A DNA stretch of 64,000 bases from Coraliomargarita sp. Lineage in GTDB: Bacteria > Verrucomicrobiota > Verrucomicrobiia > Opitutales > Coraliomargaritaceae. Where the stretch lies: the NCBI GenBank assembly GCA_965216325.1, contig OZ244160.1, positions 160,001 to 224,000 on the forward strand, read 5' to 3'. Position 1 is the stretch's first letter, and each line of letters opens with the position of its first letter. This document shows, piece after piece, positions 54,284 through 64,000 of this stretch. The notes under the pieces are model-generated. The model had not been told where the DNA came from. It was given only the letters and a program-made list of their open reading frames with translations, and did not search any database. The translations under genes were made by a program, and so were the position numbers.

Positions 54284-55609
54284 TTACGGAAACACCCCGC
54301 GCATTTCGTAGACGTTATCGATGTATTCGATAGCAGCAGCGTAGGAAGCGATACGCATATTGCAGCCTAGGCGTTTGGCCGTATCCAGAACGCGTTGGGC
54401 GGAACGATTCATCACTTTGCGCAGCTTTTCGTCGACCAGCTCTTCGTCCCAGGTCTCGGATTGGCGGTTTTGTTTCCACTCGAAATAACTGACTGTCACA
54501 CCACCCGCATTGCAAAGAATCGCTGGCAAGACTTCGACGCCTTTGTCGAGTAGGTGACGTTCAGCACGTGGAGTCGTCGGTGCATTCGCGCCTTCGACTA
54601 GAACCTTGCAGTTCATTTGTTTGGCGTGCTCAAGATCGACCATCTGTTCGAGCGCGGCCGGGATGAAGAGGTCGACTTGCGTGGCATAAAAGGCTGCTTC
54701 ACTGATCGCTTCGGCAGCGGGGTAGCCCTTGACGCCTCCGTTTGCAGCTACGTAGCTGGCGAGTGCTTCAGCATCGATACCGTCTTCACAGTAGATAGCG
54801 CCCGTGTGGTCCATGACCGCACTCAGTTTCGAGCCAAGCTTCTGCAACAGACGCCCTGTCCAAGAGCCGACATTACCATAACCGATCAGGCTGAAGTTGA
54901 GCTGGTCGATTTGCATCCCCATGCCGGGGAGCAGTTCTTCCAAGACGAAGACGAGCCCTTGCCCGGTGGCTTTCTCGCGGCCGGCGGAACCACCGAATTC
55001 GAGTGGTTTGCCGGTAACGACACCACGCGCGGTGACGCGATTGGAGGATTCAGCAAAGTTGATATAAGTGTCGGCCATCCATGCCATGACTTGGGCATTG
55101 GTGCCGACATCGGGTGCCGGAATGTCGTAGTCGGGGCCGATGTTGTCGCCGAGCGCAGCCGTCATCCGACGTGTCACACGCATGAGTTCTTCTTTGCTGA
55201 GTGCGCGTGGATCGATTTTGAGTGCTCCCTTGGCCCCGCCAAAGGGCAAGCGGGCTAGGGCGCACTTCATCGTCATGAGTAGTGCGAGCGTTTTGACCTC
55301 GTCGAGCTTTACCTCGGGGTGGTAGCGAATGCCGCCCTTGTAGGGGCCGAGCACATTGTTGTGCTGCACGCGGTAGCCTTTCACCAACTGCCAGGTACCG
55401 TCGTCCATTTGCACCGGACAGTGCACCATGATCTCATTCTTCGGCTGGGTGAGGATCAGCTTCAGCCGATGCGGGACCTCGAGCAGGTTGGCGGCTTCGA
55501 GGACCGAACCAATCGTTTGAAAATACAAGTTATGCTCGTCGTAGTATTCTTCCAGTTCGTGGAAAATCTCACGGGCGGACTGACAGGCTGGGGTATCGCA
55601 GGATTCCAT
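54284..55609 (-). CDS. gdhA: Glutamate dehydrogenase (Glu/Leu/Phe/Val family)
   Basis: GYRVQH, GP.KGGIRYHP, MT.KCA, GG.KG, DIPAPDVGT, G.GNVG, EGAN.P and NAGGV.VSYFEW.QN. Confidence 0.93.
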   Translation of the reverse strand: MESCDTPACQSAREIFHELEEYYDEHNLYFQTIGSVLEAANLLEVPHRLKLILTQPKNEIMVHCPVQMDDGTWQLVKGYRVQHNNVLGPYKGGIRYHPEVKLDEVKTLALLMTMKCALARLPFGGAKGALKIDPRALSKEELMRVTRRMTAALGDNIGPDYDIPAPDVGTNAQVMAWMADTYINFAESSNRVTARGVVTGKPLEFGGSAGREKATGQGLVFVLEELLPGMGMQIDQLNFSLIGYGNVGSWTGRLLQKLGSKLSAVMDHTGAIYCEDGIDAEALASYVAANGGVKGYPAAEAISEAAFYATQVDLFIPAALEQMVDLEHAKQMNCKVLVEGANAPTTPRAERHLLDKGVEVLPAILCNAGGVTVSYFEWKQNRQSETWDEELVDEKLRKVMNRSAQRVLDTAKRLGCNMRIASYAAAIEYIDNVYEMRGVFP

Positions 55610-55664
55610 GCACTAAGGCTGTCATGGATCGCTCAATTGGCAAGCGGGGATGAATGTCGCTTCG

Positions 55665-55934
55665 TTAAGCCTTCCAATCTTTGGTCTGCTCTTGAAGCAT
55701 GGCGCGGAGGGCGGCTTTTTTCTCGTCGTTCATTTTCGGACGCGAGGCCTCGCAGTCGTGGTCGTGCTCCTTGTAGCAACGGCACATTTCTTGGCTGTCG
55801 ATCACCTGCTTGTTGAATTTACCGCAGAAGAAGCACAGACGAATGTGCAAGCGAAGAAAGAACTTTCGCATGGGCGAAAGGTTCTCGTAATCGGTTTCGA
55901 GGAGTGCTTTGGAGACTTGTTTACAGGTGAACAT
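55665..55934 (-). CDS. Small zinc-finger (zf-HC2-like) anti-sigma factor
   Basis: M.TCKQ.S...L..H...C..C; directly downstream of the ECF sigma gene. Confidence 0.75.
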   Translation of the reverse strand: MFTCKQVSKALLETDYENLSPMRKFFLRLHIRLCFFCGKFNKQVIDSQEMCRCYKEHDHDCEASRPKMNDEKKAALRAMLQEQTKDWKA

Positions 55935-55944
55935 TTTTAGAGGG

Positions 55945-56043
55945 GTTAGGGGGCAGAATTTAGGAGCTAGAAGCTATTCATGCTTATTTTGTATGACTGC
56001 ATTTAAGAAAAATCTAACTTCTAACTACTCCCTTCTAACTTCT
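55945..56043. repeat. Heptamer inverted arms (ttaggagctagaagcta ... tctaacttctaactact), family F5
   Basis: Low-complexity arms sitting between the sigma and anti-sigma genes. Confidence 0.5.
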
Positions 56044-56051
56044 TGAAATAT

Positions 56052-56645
56052 TTAATCGGCTTCGGGTCCGGTCCAATTCGCTTCAAGCGCAGTCTTCAGT
56101 TGAGCGCGAGCGCGGTGTAACAAAACCCACAGATAGTTCGGTGTGATGTCCATGACCTTACAAACTTCTTCAGTTGTGTGGTCTTCCAGCACTTTTAAGA
56201 TAAATGCTTGCCGTGCAGGGTCTTTGACATCGTTGATGCAGGTTTCAAAGACTTTCCAGAACTCGGTGTTGTCGTAGGATTTGCGCGGATTGAACTGCCA
56301 CGGGTCGGGATTGGTCGTGGTAATTCCGCTGTATTTGAACCAGAAGCTCTCCATCATCGCTTCGTCTTCGCTGTCGATGTTGACTTTGCTCTCTTTGACG
56401 GATTTACGGATCTGGTCGACGATCTTGTTGCGCATGATGCCGCGCAGCCAGAATTTGATGTCGCGGCTGCCATCGAAGCGGTCGAGTGCTTTGATGCCGG
56501 CCATAAAAGTGTCCTGCACGCAGTCCTGAGCAGCTTCTGGATTGCGGAGGCGAGACATCGCGAAGCCAAAGAGATAATCACCATACAGGTCGACCCACTG
56601 TTCGGGCGGGGTGATTGGGACTTTTGGTTGCGACTCGTTAGGCAT
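56052..56645 (-). CDS. ECF sigma-70 factor
   Basis: YL..FA..RL....A.D.VQDTF, WL.GI.RNKI.D, and region 4 EVC..M.IT.N.LWV.LHRAR. Confidence 0.92.
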   Translation of the reverse strand: MPNESQPKVPITPPEQWVDLYGDYLFGFAMSRLRNPEAAQDCVQDTFMAGIKALDRFDGSRDIKFWLRGIMRNKIVDQIRKSVKESKVNIDSEDEAMMESFWFKYSGITTTNPDPWQFNPRKSYDNTEFWKVFETCINDVKDPARQAFILKVLEDHTTEEVCKVMDITPNYLWVLLHRARAQLKTALEANWTGPEAD

Positions 56646-56749
56646 CTATCGGTGACATTACTTGTCTATGATATGGGGTCAATAGGCGTTACTTATATTG
56701 GATCAATTTCGTTCGTGCATTTCACAGAAATCAGCATTCACTGCCTGCC

Positions 56750-57193
56750 ATGGACGAAATTTTACGCACGATCCCGCACCGCCCGCCGTTCCTCTTTGTC
56801 GACGAAATTGTCGAAGTTCGTGAGGATGGCGCTACATGTAAGCGCACCATTCGCATGGAAGAGCCTCAGTTTGAAGGCCACTATCCGGGCAACCCAATTA
56901 TGCCGGGTGTGTTGCTCTGCGAAGCTTGTTTCCAAGCCGGCGCGATTTACCTCGCCAAGCAGATCGAGAAGGAAGGACGCTCGCTCAAGGATGTGACTCC
57001 CGTGTTGTCCCGTATTTCAGACGCGCGTTTCAAGCAAATGGTCAAGCCGGGCGATGAGGTAACCATCGAGGTCACGATGAAAGAGACCGTCAGCAAGTTC
57101 TTCTTCATGAAGGGCAAGGTGCTCAAGAATGGTAAGCCTGCGCTGACCATTGAGTTCGCACTCGCAATGCTGGAACCGGAGGCGGGCAAGTGA
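56750..57193 (+). CDS. fabZ: 3-hydroxyacyl-ACP dehydratase (FabZ family)
   Basis: IPHR.PFLFVD, F.GHYPG.PIMPGVL..EA..Q and ARFK..V.PGD. Confidence 0.88.
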   Translation: MDEILRTIPHRPPFLFVDEIVEVREDGATCKRTIRMEEPQFEGHYPGNPIMPGVLLCEACFQAGAIYLAKQIEKEGRSLKDVTPVLSRISDARFKQMVKPGDEVTIEVTMKETVSKFFFMKGKVLKNGKPALTIEFALAMLEPEAGK

Positions 57194-57996
57194 GTTTCCT
57201 CGGCTTTGAAGGCAAGCGCTACCTCGTAATGGGAGTGGCGAATCGTAAGAGTGTCGCGTGGGCGATCACGAAGTCGCTTGAAGAACTAGGTGCGGACGTA
57301 ATTCACAGCGTGCGTTCCGAAGCGCGCTTGGAGAGCTTGCAGAAGCTGCTCGGTGAGCGTAAGGCCTATCTCTGTGATGTGGAGTTTTCCGAGCAAATCA
57401 CTGCGCTGGCTGAGCAAGTCGCGGCCGACTATGGTCAGATCGACGGTATTGTGCACTCAATCGCGTTTGCGAATTACTCGGAGGGCTTTAAGCCCTTCCA
57501 CGAAACGGTGAAGAAGGACTTCTTGCAGGCGACTTCGATTTCTGCCTTCTCGCTGGTTGAAGTGGCGAATGCGTTTAAGCCGATTCTAAGCGAGGATGCT
57601 TCCGTGGTTTCGATTGGTATTTCGTCGACCGATGTGACTGCTGAGAATTACGGCTATATGGCACCGATCAAATCGGCGCTGGAAACCTGCTCTTACAACT
57701 TGGCCAAGTCCTTTGGCGCAGACACGCGTGTGCGTTTCAATACCGTGAATGCCGGGCCGCTCAAGACCAGTGCATCCGCGGGCATCCCCGGCTACTTGGA
57801 GAGCTATCTCTACGCGGAGAAGCTGACCTTCCGTAAGCAGAACCTGACCACGCAGGAAGTGGCGAATACCGCAGTCTTCTTGCTGAGTCCTGCATCGAGC
57901 GGGATTAACGGTCAAGGCATCGTCGTGAACGCCGGTATGGACCGAAATTACTTCGATAAGGAAGTGGTGCGTTTGGCGATGCGTCCGGAGAAGTAG
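57190..57996 (+). CDS. fabI: Enoyl-ACP reductase (FabI-like)
   Basis: MGVAN..S.AW.I, CDV, VHSIAFA, ISAFSL, NY..M...K..LE and AGP.KT.AS.GI. Confidence 0.88.
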   Translation: MSFLGFEGKRYLVMGVANRKSVAWAITKSLEELGADVIHSVRSEARLESLQKLLGERKAYLCDVEFSEQITALAEQVAADYGQIDGIVHSIAFANYSEGFKPFHETVKKDFLQATSISAFSLVEVANAFKPILSEDASVVSIGISSTDVTAENYGYMAPIKSALETCSYNLAKSFGADTRVRFNTVNAGPLKTSASAGIPGYLESYLYAEKLTFRKQNLTTQEVANTAVFLLSPASSGINGQGIVVNAGMDRNYFDKEVVRLAMRPEK

Positions 57997-58054
57997 GGGC
58001 GCGACTTGACGCGCCCGCATCGGTTCGACGGGCGTGCGAAACGCTCGCCCCTAC
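57993..58054. repeat. GTAGGGGC-type REP doublet overlapping both convergent stop codons
   Basis: gtaggggcgcgacttgacgcgccc ... gggcgtgcgaaacgctcgcccctac. Confidence 0.8.
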
Positions 58055-58422
58055 ACAGGCTTCACCACTGTCAGTAGCATCTTGAAGTTTTCAGGTGCGT
58101 CGACGGCGTGCGGAATGTTGGCGGGTAGGACGATTGTCTGGCCTGCTGGAACCGTATGCGCTTGGCCATCTACAGTGAGGCTGCCTGTGCCATCCAGCAC
58201 TTGGACCATCGCGTCACCGGTTGAGCTGTGGGTGCTCAGGCCTTCACCTTTGGCAAATGCGAATACAGTCAGATTCAGATACTTGTTCTGCGCGAGTGTG
58301 CGGCTGATCACTTGGCCGTCCTGATACTCGACCAGAGCGCAGAGCTCCAAGGCTTCGGCCTTGGGCATGTTTTTGATCATCGGCTTTGCCGCTGGTGTGA
58401 GTGTTAAGTTTTGAAGGTCCAT
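58051..58422 (-). CDS. Cupin domain protein
   Basis: V.YQ.GQV.SRTL, T.FAF.KGE.LS.H and PA..PHAV.A.E.FKMLL. Confidence 0.9.
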   Translation of the reverse strand: MDLQNLTLTPAAKPMIKNMPKAEALELCALVEYQDGQVISRTLAQNKYLNLTVFAFAKGEGLSTHSSTGDAMVQVLDGTGSLTVDGQAHTVPAGQTIVLPANIPHAVDAPENFKMLLTVVKPV

Positions 58423-58441
58423 GATGAACTTAAAGGTAAAG

Positions 58442-58550
58442 GCTACGAAAGGAGCGAGCGCTGCAGGCTCATTGAGCTACCAATCTCAATCAGCCATCCT
58501 CATAGAACACACTAACAGGAGCCTACTAGCAGCTGCTGTCCTTTCGTAGC
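58442..58550. repeat. Intergenic inverted-repeat element
   Basis: gctacgaaagga ... tcctttcgtagc, 12-bp perfect arms with inner aggctc/gagcct. Confidence 0.55.
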
Positions 58551-58564
58551 TAAATGATGGAGCT

Positions 58565-58816
58565 CTAGTGATTGCAGCGTTTGCTGGTATCAAACACAAA
58601 GGCTTCGGGGGTGCCGGCAAATTTACCTTTGGCCCAGAGAGTCTCGATCAGCTGCGCGGCTGTCATACCACCGCCGGAGCAGATGTAGAAGCGGGCGTCG
58701 GTGCCGAACTTTTCGTTGATCGTAGCTTCAAGACTCGCGTCGCTATATTGGATGCCTGAAGCAATCATCATTTCGAGGACTTCGTGGCCGTGGTGTTCGA
58801 TATTTTTTACGTTCAT
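58565..58816 (-). CDS. YecH family putative metal-binding protein
   Basis: HGHEVLEMM, FG..ARF..CS...M.A..LI..L..KGKF and a C-terminal C.H. Confidence 0.85.
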   Translation of the reverse strand: MNVKNIEHHGHEVLEMMIASGIQYSDASLEATINEKFGTDARFYICSGGGMTAAQLIETLWAKGKFAGTPEAFVFDTSKRCNH

Positions 58817-58818
58817 AA

Positions 58819-59121
58819 TTAAGAGCTGAATTGTTGTTTAATGCGAGTGAGTCGGATGCAGGCTCCGTCGCTGATTAGTGTGTCCCACCATTCGTCGCCA
58901 TCATAGGTATAGCGAATTTGCAGGCCGCGAATTTGTTCGCTGATTAAAAGGTGTTGTCCCTCGGTCAGGCTGATCGTCTTCGGCGCGGTATAACCTGGTC
59001 CTGCCTTCGGGATGACCGCAAGTATTTCGGTGCAGGCTTCAAGGTCGGTGAAGAGTGCGTGGAAGGTTTCCGGATCGAGCTCGGTTTGCGTGAGCTCAGG
59101 AAGTTGGAGTTCGGTAGGCAT
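58819..59121 (-). CDS. Hypothetical protein in the nap-associated operon
   Basis: Tightly coupled ORF containing LQIRY.Y.G.EWWDTL. Confidence 0.7.
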   Translation of the reverse strand: MPTELQLPELTQTELDPETFHALFTDLEACTEILAVIPKAGPGYTAPKTISLTEGQHLLISEQIRGLQIRYTYDGDEWWDTLISDGACIRLTRIKQQFSS

Positions 59122-59126
59122 GTTGA

Positions 59127-59438
59127 TTAGGGTAATACTGCCTTTAACGGATGGAGGAGTATTGCGTTGGTGGGTGCGGGACAGAGTTCATGGCAGATGC
59201 CGCAGCCAGTGCAGCGGTCTGCGACGATGCGTGGGATGCCACGTTCCATTACGATGGCGTCTGATTCCGGACAGCGTTCTTTGCAGGTGGAGCAAAAGCT
59301 ATTCTGGTAGGCGAGGCAGTGACGTCCTTGGATGATTGCGACCTTCGGGCTCGATTCGACTACAGGCGCTTCAGCCACGGTCTCTGAGGAGCGTGGAATA
59401 AAACGGCTAAAGAAGTCGCGTCTGGATAAAGTGGCCAT
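59127..59438 (-). CDS. Small 2x[4Fe-4S] ferredoxin (NapF-like or NapG-half-like)
   Basis: SRRDFF N-terminus, CLAY...C..C...CP and CTGCGIC...CP. Confidence 0.82.
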   Translation of the reverse strand: MATLSRRDFFSRFIPRSSETVAEAPVVESSPKVAIIQGRHCLAYQNSFCSTCKERCPESDAIVMERGIPRIVADRCTGCGICHELCPAPTNAILLHPLKAVLP

Positions 59439-59471
59439 GCTGGAGTGAGGGGGAAAGTGAGAGTGTTTCGG

Positions 59472-59520
<49 letters not shown>

Positions 59521-59588
59521 TCGTCTTACTCTTAATCCTACTCTATCAACTGAAGGGATTCGGATTACGATTAACAGTAGGATTCAGG

Positions 59589-60392
59589 TTATTGGGTATT
59601 TAGTAGTTCCTCGGTGAACGGGAATGGAGATTCGGCGAAGTTGCTTTTATCGATCTGTCCGCTAGGGACGTGACATTGGGTGCAGCTTTGACGTTCTGGG
59701 TGGCTGGTGCGGATTGGGCTGGTGCCGAGTTCGCCGTGACAGCTCATGCAGTTTTGACGCATGTGCAGGGTGTGCGGGATGGTCATCGGGGCGTCGTCGT
59801 AGGCTTGATCCTTCACTGCGGGTGCTTGGTTCCCCGTGAACTGATTGCCGGTATGAAGATCGAAGTCGGAGGTGTTCCAGCGGCTGCCGTGGCCTTCGGC
59901 TGAGACGTGGCATTGGGTGCAACTGGTATAGGCGGGGTGTGAGATCGCGGGGGCGACCACGTCGTCGATTCGGGTGGCTTGTGCGTGGCACTGTAAACAG
60001 GTGGCGGCGTTGTCTTGAGCGATTGGGTGGGGCACGATCGGCGGTGCGCCATCGTAAGCTCGGCGTGATTCACGTTTCTCGCGTAGTTGATCGGTGGATA
60101 CAAACAGTGGGTGTGTTTGCAGGTTTTCGACTGGGTTGCTGCGCAGGCTGCTGAGATGACTTTTGAAATTCGAGTTCGGTCCAAAGCCGGCCTTGGCAAT
60201 TTGGCTGTAGTCGACTGCAGCTTGAACGCTGGAGTGTTGTTCGTCCTCGTGATCGTGATGGGTGCTTTGCTCGGCTAGGGTTGTTTCTCGCACGGTTTGC
60301 CGCAGGCCCATGAAGAAGCCGCTCACCGAGGCGGTGAATACGACTGCGACTAAGATCGTAGTCGCTTTGACTGATTTGGATTTGCCGGGCAT
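59589..60392 (-). CDS. napB: Nitrate reductase cytochrome c subunit, tandem-duplicated with four CXXCH motifs
   Basis: RAYDGAPP.VPH..CLQCH..H...CTQCH, then AY..AP..IPH..CMSCH..HP....CTQCH; follows napA. Confidence 0.85.
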   Translation of the reverse strand: MPGKSKSVKATTILVAVVFTASVSGFFMGLRQTVRETTLAEQSTHHDHEDEQHSSVQAAVDYSQIAKAGFGPNSNFKSHLSSLRSNPVENLQTHPLFVSTDQLREKRESRRAYDGAPPIVPHPIAQDNAATCLQCHAQATRIDDVVAPAISHPAYTSCTQCHVSAEGHGSRWNTSDFDLHTGNQFTGNQAPAVKDQAYDDAPMTIPHTLHMRQNCMSCHGELGTSPIRTSHPERQSCTQCHVPSGQIDKSNFAESPFPFTEELLNTQ

Positions 60393-60395
60393 GGC

Positions 60396-62828
<2,433 letters not shown>

Positions 62829-62830
62829 GG

Positions 62831-63115
62831 TTACTGGCAGGGTGCAGGTTGGGGTTCTTGGGTTGAAAATTCCTCAGTAGAGCAGAAGACGACATCGACG
62901 TAGACCACGCCGGGCAGTGATTCGATCCAACGGTGGATGGGGCGGGCGTCGGTGCCTTCGATCGCAATCGGCAAGTAGGAGCCGATGAGTTGCTCCGCAG
63001 TGATCGCTTCGTGCTCGGCGATGGTGGTTGCTGTGGATGCAGCGAGTTCGGCGTCATCGGACAGGGTGATGACCAGGCTGCTGAGAGCGGTATGCCATGG
63101 GCGTTGTTTGCTCAT
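62831..63115 (-). CDS. napD: NapD-like chaperone
   Basis: SSLVI.L...IE.LPGV..V.VV pattern; immediately upstream of napA. Confidence 0.6.
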   Translation of the reverse strand: MSKQRPWHTALSSLVITLSDDAELAASTATTIAEHEAITAEQLIGSYLPIAIEGTDARPIHRWIESLPGVVYVDVVFCSTEEFSTQEPQPAPCQ

Positions 63116-63138
63116 TCTTGCTGCAAGCTAGCGGGTCG

Positions 63139-63188
63139 AAATTGCTTTATCAAGAATTAAATACCTTTTATTCTTGATAAAGCAATTT
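63139..63188. promoter_or_regulatory. Perfect 19-bp inverted repeat in the divergent nap/cytochrome promoter region (operator candidate)
   Basis: aaattgctttatcaagaat-N12-attcttgataaagcaattt. Confidence 0.65.
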
Positions 63189-63211
63189 GAAGGCTGCATA
63201 ACGAGGTGCAG

Positions 63212-63853
63212 ATGAAAACCTCGACCCTCATCGGAGCTGCTGCCTTTACCCTTGGAATTCTGATTCTTGCTGCCGGCTTTGTGATTTATAAACGCTCGTT
63301 TGAAGATTTCGAGCACGGTGGACATGCGAGCTCAGAGGTCGCCCTTCAAGTGGAGCATCTCTATGGGGTTGAGATTGAAGGGCAGCCGAGGACGCCGAGC
63401 GTCTTAACGGATGTGCTCTCGCATCGCGGTGAGGTGGGTGAGGTTGCGTGTGCGAGCTGTCATACGACACGGAGTCCCAATGTGGGGAATCATCAGGGGG
63501 ATGATTTGGATACTTTTCACCAAGGGCTCGTAGTGAAGCACGGTGATTTGAGCTGCTTGAGTTGTCACAATGATGCCAACTACGATACTTTGAAGTTGGC
63601 GGATGGCACGGCAGTTGGATTTGAAAATACGATGCAACTCTGTGCGCAGTGCCATGGGCCGCAGTCACGTGACTATCAGAACGGCTCGCACGGAGGGATG
63701 AACGGTTATTGGGATTTGTCCCGAGGGCCACGCACGCGTAACGCCTGCACCGTATGCCATGATGCGCACGCGCCGGCGTATCCACAGTTGATGCCGGTCT
63801 TTGCGCCGACCGACATCGTTCCGCCTAAAGACGATCACCACGCTGCCCACTAA
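63212..63853 (+). CDS. Membrane-anchored tetraheme cytochrome c
   Basis: N-terminal TM; CASCH, CLSCH, CAQCH and CTVCH. Confidence 0.88.
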   Translation: MKTSTLIGAAAFTLGILILAAGFVIYKRSFEDFEHGGHASSEVALQVEHLYGVEIEGQPRTPSVLTDVLSHRGEVGEVACASCHTTRSPNVGNHQGDDLDTFHQGLVVKHGDLSCLSCHNDANYDTLKLADGTAVGFENTMQLCAQCHGPQSRDYQNGSHGGMNGYWDLSRGPRTRNACTVCHDAHAPAYPQLMPVFAPTDIVPPKDDHHAAH

Positions 63854-63859
63854 CTAACC

Positions 63860-64000
63860 ATGCCTGAACAATCTCAGTCCGAAGCCACGAAAGGGATCAG
63901 TCGCCGAACGGTGCTCAAGGGAGTCGGTGCCACGCTGGGAGCGGCTGCCTTCGCCAAAGCGATTGCTCCGCTCACCAATTGGGCGGCCGAGCAGTCGATC
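63860..64000 (+). CDS. Tat-exported redox protein, N-terminus only (NrfC-like 4Fe-4S protein suspected)
   Basis: MPEQSQSEATKGISRRTVLKGVGATLGAAAFAKA...: twin-arginine signal; truncated by the window edge. Confidence 0.7.
   Translation, partial: MPEQSQSEATKGISRRTVLKGVGATLGAAAFAKAIAPLTNWAAEQSI

Noticed and set aside
63143..63185. Canonical FNR box
   Set aside because: Half-site spacing does not fit TTGAT-N4-ATCAA; reported only as an unidentified operator.

Overview
Bacterial chromosomal window, most likely from a verrucomicrobium of the Opitutales/Puniceicoccales type. This is an inference from the PEP-CTERM plus TIGR02597-like gene pair, RNase HIII, monomeric Icd, the SET and histone-H1-like proteins, and the repeat families. 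Housekeeping and metabolic genes include mutY, rnhC, lpxB, a DAHP synthase, ppdK, tatC, secG, icd, miaA, rnd, queF, gdhA, fabZ and fabI. The window also carries an ATP-grasp/alpha-E/transglutaminase operon, a Gld-like ABC operon, two tRNA-Asp genes, an IS1380 element and a periplasmic nitrate reductase (nap) cluster at the right end. The most striking layer is non-coding or HUH-related. (1) A 326-aa Y1/HUH transposase is preceded by two truncated head-to-tail copies of its own 5' end, each cut exactly after the first or second CTCG in the element. (2) A small RAYT gene is flanked by its GGAG-type REP doublets, including an 8 x 110-bp tandem array, and copies of the same REP sit in-frame inside two protein genes (a U32 hydroxylase and MutY). 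(3) Both tRNA-Asp genes are followed by a 158-bp unit that re-creates the tRNA 3' end around a structured cargo with GNA minihairpins. (4) Several families of low-complexity inverted arms enclose unrelated cargo DNA. All calls were made by eye from the sequence and the ORF track; no database searches were run.
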